From Asterias rubens (lineage: Eukaryota): 64,000 bases of DNA. Within the stretch, counting starts at the first letter, position 1, and every line of letters begins with the position of its first letter. Both the position numbers and the translations under genes were made by a program. This document shows, one piece after another, positions 1 to 11,900 of the stretch. The notes beneath the pieces were generated by a model, which saw nothing but the letters and a program-made list of their open reading frames with translations, did no database searches and was not told where the DNA came from. Where the stretch lies: positions 13,950,001-14,014,000 of the forward strand of contig NC_047062.1 in assembly GCF_902459465.1 (NCBI RefSeq), written 5' to 3'.

Positions 1-1058
1 TTTGCTAACAATTTTTAAAGTGCCTTTAATTCATGATAAAGAGGACGTGATCTAAAAACACACAGGAAAGTTTCTCATTAACATAAAGACAGCAACGGTA
101 TTAATTATTCTCAGTGAAGACAGGAGTAGTTTGAAACTGAGATGATATTATTATTAAGTACAATTATGTCAACATTGAGACTAAAATATATAACTACGTC
201 ATTTGTAATACTGGCAATGATGTTCTGTACAGGAATGAGGATATTGGTACAAATACAATTCCTTACTTAAAGTAACTTGGGGGGGGGTTCATAATTCCAT
301 GTACAGCCACGGCCTGCTTTGATCATGACAACACAGTCCCTTTAATAATGTTAGCAAATGGTTTATTAATGGGAGTCATTATATTGCTTTGAGCAAACTA
401 TGATACTGGTTAAGAGCTAGGCGTTTTGGGGGTGTTTTTAAGCACAAACACTCACAGTTTTCTAGATTGTCCTTATTACATACTTTCATTCGTACAGAAA
501 TGAACATCAATTTTTAAGGTTCTGAAACCTTGACCTTTTTAACTTTCATCAGAAAAAAAGTTTTAGTTAATCCTAAAACTTGTTCCTATTTTTTTGTCGA
601 AAAGAATGCATTTGCATTTTCCCCCTTCTTTTAAAAACCCCCCAACAAAACATTTGTCATGTCCACTATTCCTAATTAGCACCATTATCATTTGTTACAA
701 AGTGTACCTTGCCCATCCAGGGTGTAATTAGTTAACGATGTGGGCGGGTATCAACAACCGACAATTCATTAAAATTCTTCAATGCAGTTCTGAGAAAAGC
801 ACCATTATGGTTAATTGAATATTTCTGTCAGTGCTTAATTAATCATGTGCTTTTTATCTACCCTGATACTGCGAACATTCAACAAAATAACTTGTTGAAA
901 ACATCAGTATTTGATCTATTTTTATTTATACCTATTTCATTTCTCTTCCAAGAAGAAAGGCCAAGTGTTTTTTAATGAAAATAATCTTATCAATGGAGCC
1001 ATGGCATGCAACCCTTTCAGCTGATCCAACAATATTCTCCTTTTTCATCTCCTTTTAA

Positions 1059-1424
1059 AGCCATTGGACCCTTTCGGTAAACAGTATTGTCCAAGTCCCA
1101 CACTTCATGTATCACAACTTATATATAAAATAACAATCCTGTGGAAATTTAGGCTCAATCAGACATCGGAGTCGGGAGAAAATAACGGGAAAACCCACTC
1201 CTGTTTTCGCGCGTTTCGCCGTGTCATGACATGTGTTTATAACAAATCCGTAATTCTCGCTAACGAGAATTTATATTGTTTTACCGTTTTCTCAGAAAGT
1301 AAAGCATTTCATGGACTAATATTTCAAGAGAAGTCTTTCACCATTACCTTCTGTAAACCCTGTAAATTATTTGTAAATCTGTGAACTTTTTTTTTTCTTT
1401 CTGTACCGAAAGGGTCCAATGGCT
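1059..1424. mobile_element. Non-autonomous DNA transposon, family B (Kolobok-like)
   Basis: TIR AGCCATTGGACCCTTTCGGTA / TACCGAAAGGGTCCAATGGCT; TTAA on both sides (1055-1058, 1425-1428); AG..CT termini; second copy at 45216. Confidence 0.85.
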
Positions 1425-1428
1425 TTAA

Positions 1429-1627
1429 AGACACTGGACACTATTGGTAATTGTCAAAGACCAGTCTTCTCACTTGGTGTATCTCAACATATGCATAAAA
1501 TAACAAACCTGTGAAAATTTTAGCTCAATTGGTCATCGAAGTTGCAAGATAATAACGAAAGAAAAAAACACCCTTGTCACCGACACGAAGTTGTGTGCTT
1601 TTAGATGGTTGATTTCGAGACCTCAAA
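1429..1627. mobile_element. Truncated Kolobok-like MITE, family A
   Basis: Starts AGACACTGGACACTATTGGTAATT directly after TTAA; matches the full copies elsewhere in the window. Confidence 0.8.
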
Positions 1628-3940
1628 GTGCCACACAAAAAATGAAGAAGTTTGTGTGTGTGACAATTTCCTCTTTTATGTAGGGCAAAAACAAAAATGT
1701 ATATCTTTGAACTAAAATCACCAAGTTGCATTATTCGGATCACTTGTTTATCCACATTGTGAATGTTTTGGTAACACCGACCACGGCCAACCCATGGTTT
1801 CAACAAAACATGTTTTCTCATGACAGGAAGAGGGTTTGAATTCACAAGTACAAGTACATCCAATGCGAGACATCTTGGGAGACAAATTCCAGTATGCACT
1901 ACAGTCAGATGTTGTGTACGAGCAAGATCCAATCAGAGCCCTATTCCATAGAGCAGTTTACCCCAATTTCTGCAATTGCGATTATTATTCTTCACCTACA
2001 GGGAAGCACCGAATTTCTGCACTAAAGCGAAGGATAGTAACATGAAGTATGCACATGCACAGGCAAAAATTCCTTAATAACCTGTGAAATACACTTGACA
2101 CAAGCGCGTAATTCCCTGCTTCAATAAAGCGCCAAGTATTTGCTTTCGATAAGCATGACATTGGGCCCAGGTTTGATTGTGGGAAAAACTTGGGTGATAG
2201 TTGCTTGAAAGAAAGCTGGATTTTACATGCACTCTGACAAAAAAAACACCACAATACGGTCTTATAGAACTCATTAGACATGACACATGACATTAGAAAA
2301 ACTTTACACAAATTATAGGTGGCTTCAGTATCATGTTTTTTTTCTTCCAATTATTTATTAGAGGTTTAACCAAATAAGCAGTTAAAATAATATTAACTTG
2401 TATGACCAATCTTAAAATGCACTTGATCACCACATTATACAAATAGCAGCATATTGACGTTAACATCACATTTACATTACAAACATGAAACTTCACAAAA
2501 TACTCCTCAAATAGACCCCTTGCATAGGATGCCACAAACGCGAACAGCGCCCTCACTGAGGTCAATAAAGACCTACCATTGGTCGAGAGTTGAAAACCTC
2601 AGTGAAGGCAGCATATGAAATGGGTCTATCTGTCTTGACAGCCCTCTATAGTATAATTCCAAAGTTTGTTATGATACATAGCTCTGTACACATACAGCAG
2701 ACTTTTTTATCCAGCCTAACTGAGCCAACATTGCAGGTGTAATTTTTGCAGCACTTAAAAACAAAACAAAAAAACTATAAACAAAAAACAACTTCTTTGA
2801 CAATAAACACTATGGCTGATTTAGGGTCAAAATCAGTTAAAATGATGGTGGTCATGTGAGATGATCTAAAAAATATACAATGAGGTAATAATCACCCATC
2901 AGCATGAATACAAAACCATCCAATACTCAACCCTTTCTTCCTTAAAGAATAAATTAAATTTCAACAAAAATTTGATAGAAACTCAAATATATATATTTAT
3001 TTTAATATTTACATCACTGAAATGTTTGTTTTTAATCAATTTCATATATAAACCACAATTTAGCATTCTATCTATGCTCAACAATATTGTGCATAAAGTA
3101 TTACTGGTCTTTAGAATGTGACTTGTACCAGTTGGTTAGAACCAGTTTGAACTGGTTAAGGCTTGAAAGAACTGGTGGTTTGTTGCTAACTCTAGTAAAC
3201 TAATAACCAAAACACTCCATATAAGCACCGATTTGGTCCAAAATCTCAACCCATCCTTTTTACAACCAGTTTTAGTTAGACAGATAAGTTAAGCGACATT
3301 TTATTATAAAAATATCCATTTGTTGGATACAGAAAAATACAGAAAAATAGAGCAACTCTTATGGCTAGGTCATACTTAACACAAATGCAAAGCAACCATT
3401 TGACTTTTTAAAATGTGTTTACCAAAAACCTGATGCAATTATTACAACGTATAAAGTGATTCATAATTGTCTACATTATCAGACTGAAGCGTAGGCCTAC
3501 TAGCGACTGCAGGGTGACTGGAAAAAAAAAAACAGATTGTGATAATGCTTCTTTGAAACTGTTGTTTGTAACGCAGAAGGAAAAAAGCAGGAAATTAACA
3601 GAAAAGAAGAGGAGGAAAGAGTTGTTCCACCTTATCATACAGACAAGATTGGCCAGCCCAGTCTTTTTATTTTTTAAATCTTGAGTTAATAAGATGTTTT
3701 AGGATTTATTTGTTTGTTTACATTTGCATGAAGTATGAACCTGCCGTTAGTAAGAGTTGAGGCTACTATGCACCATTTTTGTTATGGCTTTGTTTTCTTC
3801 TTCTTTCGTTGCATTTAGTGGAAGACCAGTGCTTGTACAGGAAGGGCTACTGCTCAAGGTTATCGTCAAAAGTATCAATAGAATTCATTAAAAAGAAATT
3901 ATAAATAAGTCACAAGGGTTAGATGAGAACAATACCTGAT

Positions 3941-4131
3941 GGACCCAATTTCATAGAGCTGCTTAAGCAAAAAATATTTCTAAACAATTTCCTGCTAAGT
4001 AAAAATGAGCAGGATACCAGTCAGGAATGGTACATTTGACATGGTGTTTTAGCTGTTGACCTTAATCTGGTTAGCATTGTTTTGTGCTTAGCTGCTTTTG
4101 TGCTTTCAAGCAGCTCTATGAAATTGGGACC
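3941..4131. mobile_element. MITE family D1 (Harbinger-like termini)
   Basis: TIR GGACCCAATTTCATAGAGCTGCTT / AAGCAGCTCTATGAAATTGGGACC. Confidence 0.8.
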
Positions 4132-4536
4132 AGCTTGGAACGACCCAATAAAAAAAGACTTTTCTTTTCACACAAAATAAAACTTACTCCTTAAAATACC
4201 CTGGACAATTTTTGTCAACCAAAAATTTTGAATAGTACATACTTTCAGTGTTCACACAGAGTCTCTTAGTAATTGTCGAATAAGCTTTTATGGATAATTC
4301 TGTCTTTGTAACATAGCTTTAACTGCAATTGGTGCGTTGTTGTGAACTAAAATGGCATGAACTATAATTTATGCAGCATTTGTGAGACGCTAGTAGCTTA
4401 GCAGCAGTGTTTACTTAAGGTAGATTCATAATTTGTTAGCATCTTTATCTAAAATTGCTGCTTTCAAACAAATTTAATCTTAAAGAGCATGATTTGTGAT
4501 TGGTGCAGCAATTGTGAAACAGATAGCTTAGCAGAC

Positions 4537-5655
4537 AAGTTTGCTAGGAAAGTTTTTAAAATATCTTCTCTCCCTTTCTCTCTTTTACACCCCCTCTCTA
4601 ACTCTTACAAATTTAGTATCTTTTCTAATTGTTGTCCTCCTTGTTCTGTTTTCCTCCTGCATCACATAAAGACCTGGGATTTTCAAGTTTGCTTGGAAAG
4701 TTTTTAAAATATTCTGTGTCTATCCTTCTCTCCCACTCTCAATCACTCTAACAATTTAGTTTCTTATCTAATCCTTTCCAAGATTTGTTTTGTTCCTGTA
4801 TCACATGATAGAGGCATGGAATTACAAGCTTGCTTGGAAAGTTTTTAAAATGTCATGTCTCCCCCCTTCTCTCCAACGCTCTCTCACTCTTACATAATTA
4901 GTACCTTTTCTATTATATTTCCATAATTTGTTTCCCTCTTGTATCACATACAGGCCTGGAATTACAAGCTTGCTTTGAAAGTTTTTTAAATACCATGGCT
5001 CGCCCCTTCTCTCCAAATCGCACTCACTCTTACAAATTTAGTATCTTTTTAATTTATTTCCTTGACTCTGTTCTCTCCTGTATCACGGGTAGGCCTTGGG
5101 ATTTACAAGTGTGCTTGCAAAGTTTTTAAAGTCTCTCTCTGTTTCACTCTCTTGCTTACTTTTTCCACCATAGTATTATCTTTTAAATTCATTTCCTTGA
5201 TTTGCTTCCCTCTTGTATTACATAGAGGACTGGGATTACAAGTTTGCTTGGAAAGTTTTTAAAATGTCATGTCTCACCCTTCTCTCCCACTATAACTCAC
5301 TCGTACAAATTTAGTTTCTTATCTAATCCTTTCCAAGATTTGTTTTGTTCCTGTATCGCATAGAGGCCTGGAATTAGTTTGTTTGGAAAGTTTTTAAAAT
5401 ATCCTGTCTCCCCCCCCCCCTCTCTCCCACGCTCTCTCACTCTTACATAATTAGTATCTTTTCTATATATTTCCAAGATTTGTTTCCCTCTCGTTTCACA
5501 AAGAGGCATGGAATTACAAGTTTGCTTGGAAAGTTTTTGAAATATCCAGTCTCTCTCCTTCTCTCCCACTCTTGCTCACTCTTACAAATTAAGTATATTT
5601 TCAAAATCTTTCCTAATTGTTTTCCCTACTGTATCACGCGGAGGCCTGGAGTTGC
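4537..5655. repeat. Tandem array of about 140 bp, about 8 units
   Basis: GGAAAGTTTTT-like anchor at about 4547, 4695, 4836, 4976, 5117, 5250, 5385 and 5528. Confidence 0.92.
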
Positions 5656-6788
5656 ACTTTGGCCAAGAGGCCATAAGCCTACACTGGTTACATTTGTTTT
5701 GTGCTCCTGCAAATGCTCCCCGAAACTTTCTGGTTTTCTGATAAAGTGTCTTTTACTTAACCGGGAATTAAAGATGGTCTCACAATTCTGACATAGACAC
5801 TTCAAAATGTACTGCACAAAATATCATAATTGCACCGCTTTTTTTGTGTGCGTCCATGTAAAAAAAATTGCCTAACTCTATCCCAACCAAGTTTTACTTT
5901 GAAAAACTCCAAACTAAAAGTATAAATATAAGTGCCAGACGAATTGAATATCCTGCAGCTTGGTGATCCTTGGTCAGAAATCAAGCTTGAATGACCAAAT
6001 AAATTTTTGATTCATTATCTCCATTTTTATGAAGATGTTAAGAAAATGTAAGAACTCCATTCTTGTCAATTTTACTCGATTACCCCCAAATTAGATAAAT
6101 GCGTAAACTGGTTTCGAAGCAGATCATTTTATTTTTAGTTACGAATGCCTGAAGAATAATTTAGTAAAGGTTAATATTTCATTTAATTTCACTACAAGGT
6201 ATCTGGACATTTAAAAATTAATCATGTTGTAAATAGCTCTTCAAAATGTTTTGCTTGAGACGGAATGTTCACCTCAAACGTGTACAGTGTTTTATTTATT
6301 AAACCAACACAATTCATGAAGCGTTTTACTTTTAAATCTTATATTATTTGAGCACAGACCAGCTGTTAAACAATTGGTATAATACAGATTTATATACAGA
6401 ATCCTAGATACAAAAATGAGTTGGGGTGTAGACACGCCACAAACACACAGTACAGTATATAATTACACTGGGGAAAAAAAATGTCCCTTTACATTTCATA
6501 AATTTGATCACAACAAAAAATTATTGTAGTGTGCCAGCACAATAACAATAAGCTGCTTCTGTTATGTGACCGTTTGCATATGGACAAATTGGCAAATAGA
6601 ATTTTATGTTAAAATAAAAAATTAAAACTAAAAAAATTATCAGAGAAAAAGGAGCAGGCTCATTTAATTGTAAAATTATACGCAAGAGGAAGAAAAATCA
6701 TATGACTTGTTATCAAAGTACAGCCATTACATGGCTACGACCTCCCAACTCCCCAAAGACCTTATACATGTAGCACAAATACTTGTAT

Positions 6789-6893
6789 GCGCACCTTAGT
6801 AGTGTAATGAGGTGCATGCTGGTCTAGCTAGTGATTAAGTTTGATCCCTAGCTAGATCAGCATGCACCACATTCCACAGTTAGCACTTGCGCA
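6789..6893. repeat. Palindromic hairpin repeat, copy 1 (copy 2 at 42884-42984)
   Basis: 21-bp arms at 6811-6831 and 6848-6868 (GGTGCATGCTGGTCTAGCTAG / CTAGCTAGATCAGCATGCACC). Confidence 0.8.
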
Positions 6894-7269
6894 TGATTAA
6901 ATTTGACACTACTGATCAGCAAAGAGCCCTCTACTGTTGAGCAAAGGAGAGGCTGTGTGGCCACCTAAGATTTAGCCTGATCATCTGACTTCACACTACA
7001 AGGCTCGTAAATTATGCCAGAAAGCTTCTGCATGTTGGGCCCACTTCCATAATCACTTGACCCTGCATCATTTCACATGGCTTTCAGCATGGTTCTGGAG
7101 ATTCGCAGTTAAATCCGACACACATGTTTATACATAAACAAGTACCTGTACTTGTTCTTATGCTTATGGGATAAGCACGAGGACCAGTCTTCTTAAGATA
7201 CGGCTACAGTAGACTTTATCGTCCTCCTTCCAACCATGATGATGAATCCTTTACAATGTTGAGACTGCA

Positions 7270-7465
7270 ACGATGACTCAATTAACTTTGCTCTGGGGGC
7301 CTTAACATGGCAAAAGATCATAGAGGGCCTCCTGCAACAACATTTGTAGACACCCTGCACCGGGACTCTAGCATTAACTGCCGTGACTTTCAAGCGAAGA
7401 GACCAGTGGAGAGCCGTTGTCAAAGATGCCCGAGTTCGCTCGATATGATGATGACGATGATGCAA
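7270..7465 (+). mobile_element. 3' end of an RTE-clade LINE
   Basis: Degraded LLW.P.HG..RG.PATTFVDTL.RD and RDQWRAVVKDARVRSI* followed by a (TGA)n-like tail. Confidence 0.75.
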
Positions 7466-8198
7466 TGTTGTCAGGGGAGGGGTTGGTAAGCTGTACACAG
7501 GAATGCCTTGATGTTGTATTCGTGCAGACAGTGTGTTATAAACATTGCTATTACAATGTTGTGAAGCAGGTTTCATGCGATTTGCGTGCATGTGTTAAAA
7601 GGCGTATTCCTCTATCTCGTAAGCCGGTAGCATAAATTGTTTCCCTCAGTTTCTGATCTTTTTCCAATTTTATAGCACTCCTTACTACAGAACTCTTTAA
7701 ACGCAGAATTTCGCTGTAAGGAGTGCCATGCATTGGAGCCTGGGTAATGCTAGTTTGTCTCCAGAAACAACTGTAAATGTTGTTCAAAAGAACATATTTA
7801 AAGTTAGCTTTTTGTAATTTGGGAAGTAGACACTATGAGGTTTCTCTCGTGTAAGCAATCAACGAAAATTACTTTTCAGGTTCTCCTTTCAACATGACAA
7901 TGTCCACGTTCGCAGTCCCACACACTCCAGACCTCAAAATCATCCACAGCCAAAGATAGATGAAACATCCAGTTTTTCATCCCCCCATGACCTTTATGCA
8001 TCATACATTACAGGTTAATCCAACGGCACCATTTTGAAGTGATCACTAGATGGGGGTCGTTCACATTACATGTGTACCTTCGATGGTTAGTCTAATACAA
8101 TACCACAGCTGACTATCTGTGACTTTCAAAAAAATATCTGCGTCATGTATCAACAGTTTGGCATGACCATAGTCATAATACTTTTTGTCTATTTAAGC

Positions 8199-8785
8199 AC
8201 CACTGATGCACTGGGTTATATAAGTCTTATTTAACTCCTGCAGAAAGCACAGAAGCTTTGCTCGTATTTGTAAGCTGGGTTTGTGTCCCTTTGCGCACCA
8301 CTGATGCACTGGGTTATAATATAAGTCTAGTGCTCAACTCCTGCGGACAGAACTGAAGCTTTGCTCAAGTTTGTAAGAAGTGTGAGTTGCTGGATTTGTG
8401 TCCCCTTGCGCACCACTGATGCACTGGGTTATAATATAAGTCTTGTTCATCTCCTGCAGACATAACACTGAAGCTTTGCTCAAGTTTGTAAGAAGTCTGA
8501 GTTGCTGGGGGTTTTCTCCCTTTGTGCACCACTAATAAGTCTTACTCAACTCCTGCAGAAAGCACAGAAAAACTTTTGCTCATATTTGTAAGAAGTGTGA
8601 GCAACATCAGAAGCTTGCAGAGTTTTTCATCAGACTTGGGTATCTTTTGCCACTGTTGCACTGGGTAATAATAAGTCTTGTTCAACTCCTGCCGACATCA
8701 CAGAAAAGCTCCACTAGTATTTATAAAAATGTGAGTGGCATCAAAAGCTTGCAGAGCTATTCATCAGACTTGTGTATCTTTTTGT
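8199..8785. repeat. Degenerate tandem array of about 100-135 bp (5 units) in the proximal 3' UTR, overlapping the stop codon
   Basis: Recurrent CACCACTGATGCACTGGGTTATA..TAAGTCTT..CTCCTGCAGA..AGCTTTGCTC. Confidence 0.88.
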
Positions 8786-8934
8786 AGATGTAAGGTATCC
8801 ATCTGATCCAGAATGAAGGAAACAGTATGTCGTCTGATTAGCTCTAGGTGACTCTCAAGCATCTTATTCTTCTCCTGAATGCTCGTCACTTCGTGTTTCA
8901 AGCGAACATTCTCCATCTCCAGGAGTTCTCGTTC
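8764..8934 (-). CDS. RASGRP3: RasGRP last coding exon (coiled coil, ends KDTQV*)
   Basis: CCCTCAG acceptor; heptad pattern in [31 protein letters not shown]; tandem TGA TGA stops. Confidence 0.88.
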   Translation of the reverse strand, partial: ERELLEMENVRLKHEVTSIQEKNKMLESHLELIRRHTVSFILDQMDTLHLQKDTQV

Positions 8935-11900
8935 CTGAGGGACAGAAAGTTTGATTATTATTATTATTGGTTTATTAAAAATATTCAAGCCATCGCAGCC
9001 AAAGGTCAAAGTGTGTTTAAAACAAGAGTTACATACGAATAGATTTAAAAAAGCAGTGGATGAGATATAAAAATAGATTTAACAAACAATTTATGATAAA
9101 TAAAAATAGATTTGAAAAAAACAATGGCTGAGATATAAAAATGGATAAGATATAAAAATAGATTTAAAAAAACAATGGATAAGACATGAAAATAAACGAG
9201 CCTTATTAAGTAGGCCTATGACTATATTATATAAAATTGTTGTAAGGACTACTAGCAAGCTCAGATTAAAATATAAATAATAGAAATGGGGAGTAATAAG
9301 AAATAGGAACATTTCAAAAGTTATTAGTACAAAACAAAAACACATAGCAGGATATTCTATCCTTTTTACAAAGGGAAATAGTTAGACCAATCAAACCATA
9401 ATACAATAAAGAACAAAGAAAGCAACACAAAGATGACTTGAAATGAAGTACTTTTGTTGAGTGTTATGTACATGTAGATTCTTTCAGGCATGATATTTAG
9501 CCCTCGGAAACAATCAAGACAATTTGATCGAGTACAAGGGATAGTAAGCAATTTGATCGAGTACAAGGGATAAGTAAGCATGTATACATGGTATAGCATT
9601 TTATAGACTTTAATTTAATAAAAAGTTTACTGATGTTCCGGAGGGCCAACGAATTGGAAAACAGACTGAAGTAGAAAGAATATCATTGCCTGTTCTTCAA
9701 AACAAATAAAAGTGTAGAATTCCAAGCAAAGCATTTGATAAATAAGTACACATAATAGTGAAAATATAATGAGAGTATAAAACTTCAGAAACCAACAAGT
9801 ATTTTTTTGTTTGAGAAATCTCTGAGCCCAAATTCACAGAACAAAAAGGAACCACAACAAAATTAATCAATACGGTTACCAGCCAAAATACAGTGTCAAA
9901 TGTAACATCAGTGATTGATCATCTGCTCTTTTTCACTCAGCAGAAACTTTTTATGATAGTGCTTAAAAGTATTATTGGGTGATTGGGCATGAAGCTCTAC
10001 GAAATTAGGCCCTGTTAGTAGGCAGAAGCTCAAATCCCTTACCGGTACTTCCCTTCTTTTCCCACAAATGATTGAAGAAAAATACACGAATTATGTCTTT
10101 GCCCCCCCCCCCCACCCCCACCCCAAAATGAAAATGTCTGCAAACCACTGGTCATGAATTTGTGCTGCCGCAAATAATAAAATGTGATAAAAACACACAT
10201 TGAAGAGAAAACAATTTCTCAAACCTACTCTTTCTGCACTAATGAGCTTGTCCTTGAGTTCGTCACTCTTGGATGCAGTACTGCTCTTGAACACACTGGA
10301 ATCGCTTCCTGTCACGCTATTCTGGTCACCGAAACTACTATTGCTGTCGTCTTCGCTTAGTTCACTCAACCTCCGGCCGCTGCTGCAGATGATTCCTCCG
10401 TGTTCTTCACCCTCTTTGTCCGAGTCTTGGGACGATGTCTCTGGGTTGAGGGCGGTGTCCGTCTGTGTCGCTTGCTGGACTTGTCTCATCTGCTTCTGGC
10501 ACTGAGTAAAACGCTGCTGGTCCTCCCACACTATTTCCTTGGAGATTGAGACTGGTGGATGACAAAGGATAGAAAATAGAATTGGATAAATTTAAGGTCT
10601 ACTTCTTGATTTGTTTCAGGCAGGATTTCAGACTCCAAAGGAATACTTTCATTTAACAACTGTGTAAAGAACTGGAAAGATAAACACCCTAAGCATTTTT
10701 TTTTTGCAGTATGAGCTTACATTTTTTGCATTGATGTTGGAATTTTAAATAGCAATAAAAAAACAATCATATGTTTTCTGCTATTGTTTTTACCATTTTG
10801 CTGCTGTCTTTGTTTCTTGGTTCTATTCTGATGTATGATCAAGGTTCCCCATTTAGTGGGCCTGCCTGAGTGCCTGTTCTGGGTTTCCCTTTTACACTAA
10901 GTTGTATTTTGATGTTTGTGAAAGGTAATGAACTAAACAAAACTTAACATATTAACAGTGAAGAAAACTGTAAAGATGTACAGCACCCTAAGTGTTTTTT
11001 GTTATTCAATTTGTTGTTGATGCTGGAATTTTATCTTTCCACATGGTTAGAACAAATAAAACAACTCCTGTTTATTAACAACCGCATCCCAAGCAAATGA
11101 TGTTCAAACACTCACCTCTGTTTAGCTGACTAGTACTTTGGCTGTATCCCTTGATATCGTGACTGTTTTTCCTCCTGCTGACGACGACCCCGTTGGCGTT
11201 TCCGTTTGCCTTTGCCATATTGACCGGCCCGTCTAACGTATGCCTCCGCTGCATCGTCGACGTAATCCCGTTCGTTCCGTTTGCTTTCTTACTCCTGCAC
11301 TCGATGACCAGTCGATCTTTGCAGTGCTTGTGGGCATTGATGCCACACACCTTACACTTGACTCCCTGCTTGATGAGTCCCCACAAGAGCCCTGTACAGT
11401 GCTGGCAGAAGGTTGGCGTCAGGTAGGTGTGCACGCTGAAGTTGTGTTTGTAGCTGTAGCTAAGAGCCAGGCTGTGGGCCCGCATGAAGTAAGAGCACAT
11501 CTCGCTCCGACTGATCAGACCTTCCCTGTGTGTTGAAACAAGGCGAGTGAATTGATCAACTTAACGTTTCCTCAACTATATACCTCAGGAAGTGTTGAAC
11601 TTTGATTGATTTAAATGCTGATCCCTCAGATTGTTTTTCTTTCATTTGTAAATGTTTCCTGTCTTCACTACAGCAAGATGTATTTCTTATTAATGACATA
11701 ATTTGACAAATTCCTACTGCTACAAATAAGACACACTCATCAAGAAACATCGGATGACAATTAAGAAGTTTGAACATGCTTGACAGCTCATTATTGATCA
11801 TCATAATCAAAAGGAGGGGGATGTGTACATGCAAAATGGGATCCATCAATTAGCACAAGGAAAAATTTACTACAGTCCTACGATTAAATGAGAACAAAAT

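Larger units (their letters stand above)
6270..8763 (-). other. Putative RasGRP 3' UTR ending near overlapping AATAAA signals at 6300-6291
   Basis: AATAAATAAA on the minus strand downstream of the stop; the true end is not provable from sequence. Confidence 0.4.

Noticed and set aside
1064-1932. ORFs of 106 aa and 135 aa
   Set aside because: They lie in or across MITEs and show no recognisable protein motifs
1800-2600. Possible exon or UTR of a neighbouring gene
   Set aside because: No convincing splice-bounded frame or recognisable peptide
4537-5655. Regularly spaced repeats resembling a CRISPR array
   Set aside because: The whole unit is repeated with no unique spacers, there are no cas genes, and the context is eukaryotic
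10200-10505. Plus-strand 101-aa ORF (and likewise 11193-11536 and 22812-23054)
   Set aside because: These are antisense shadows of RasGRP coding exons
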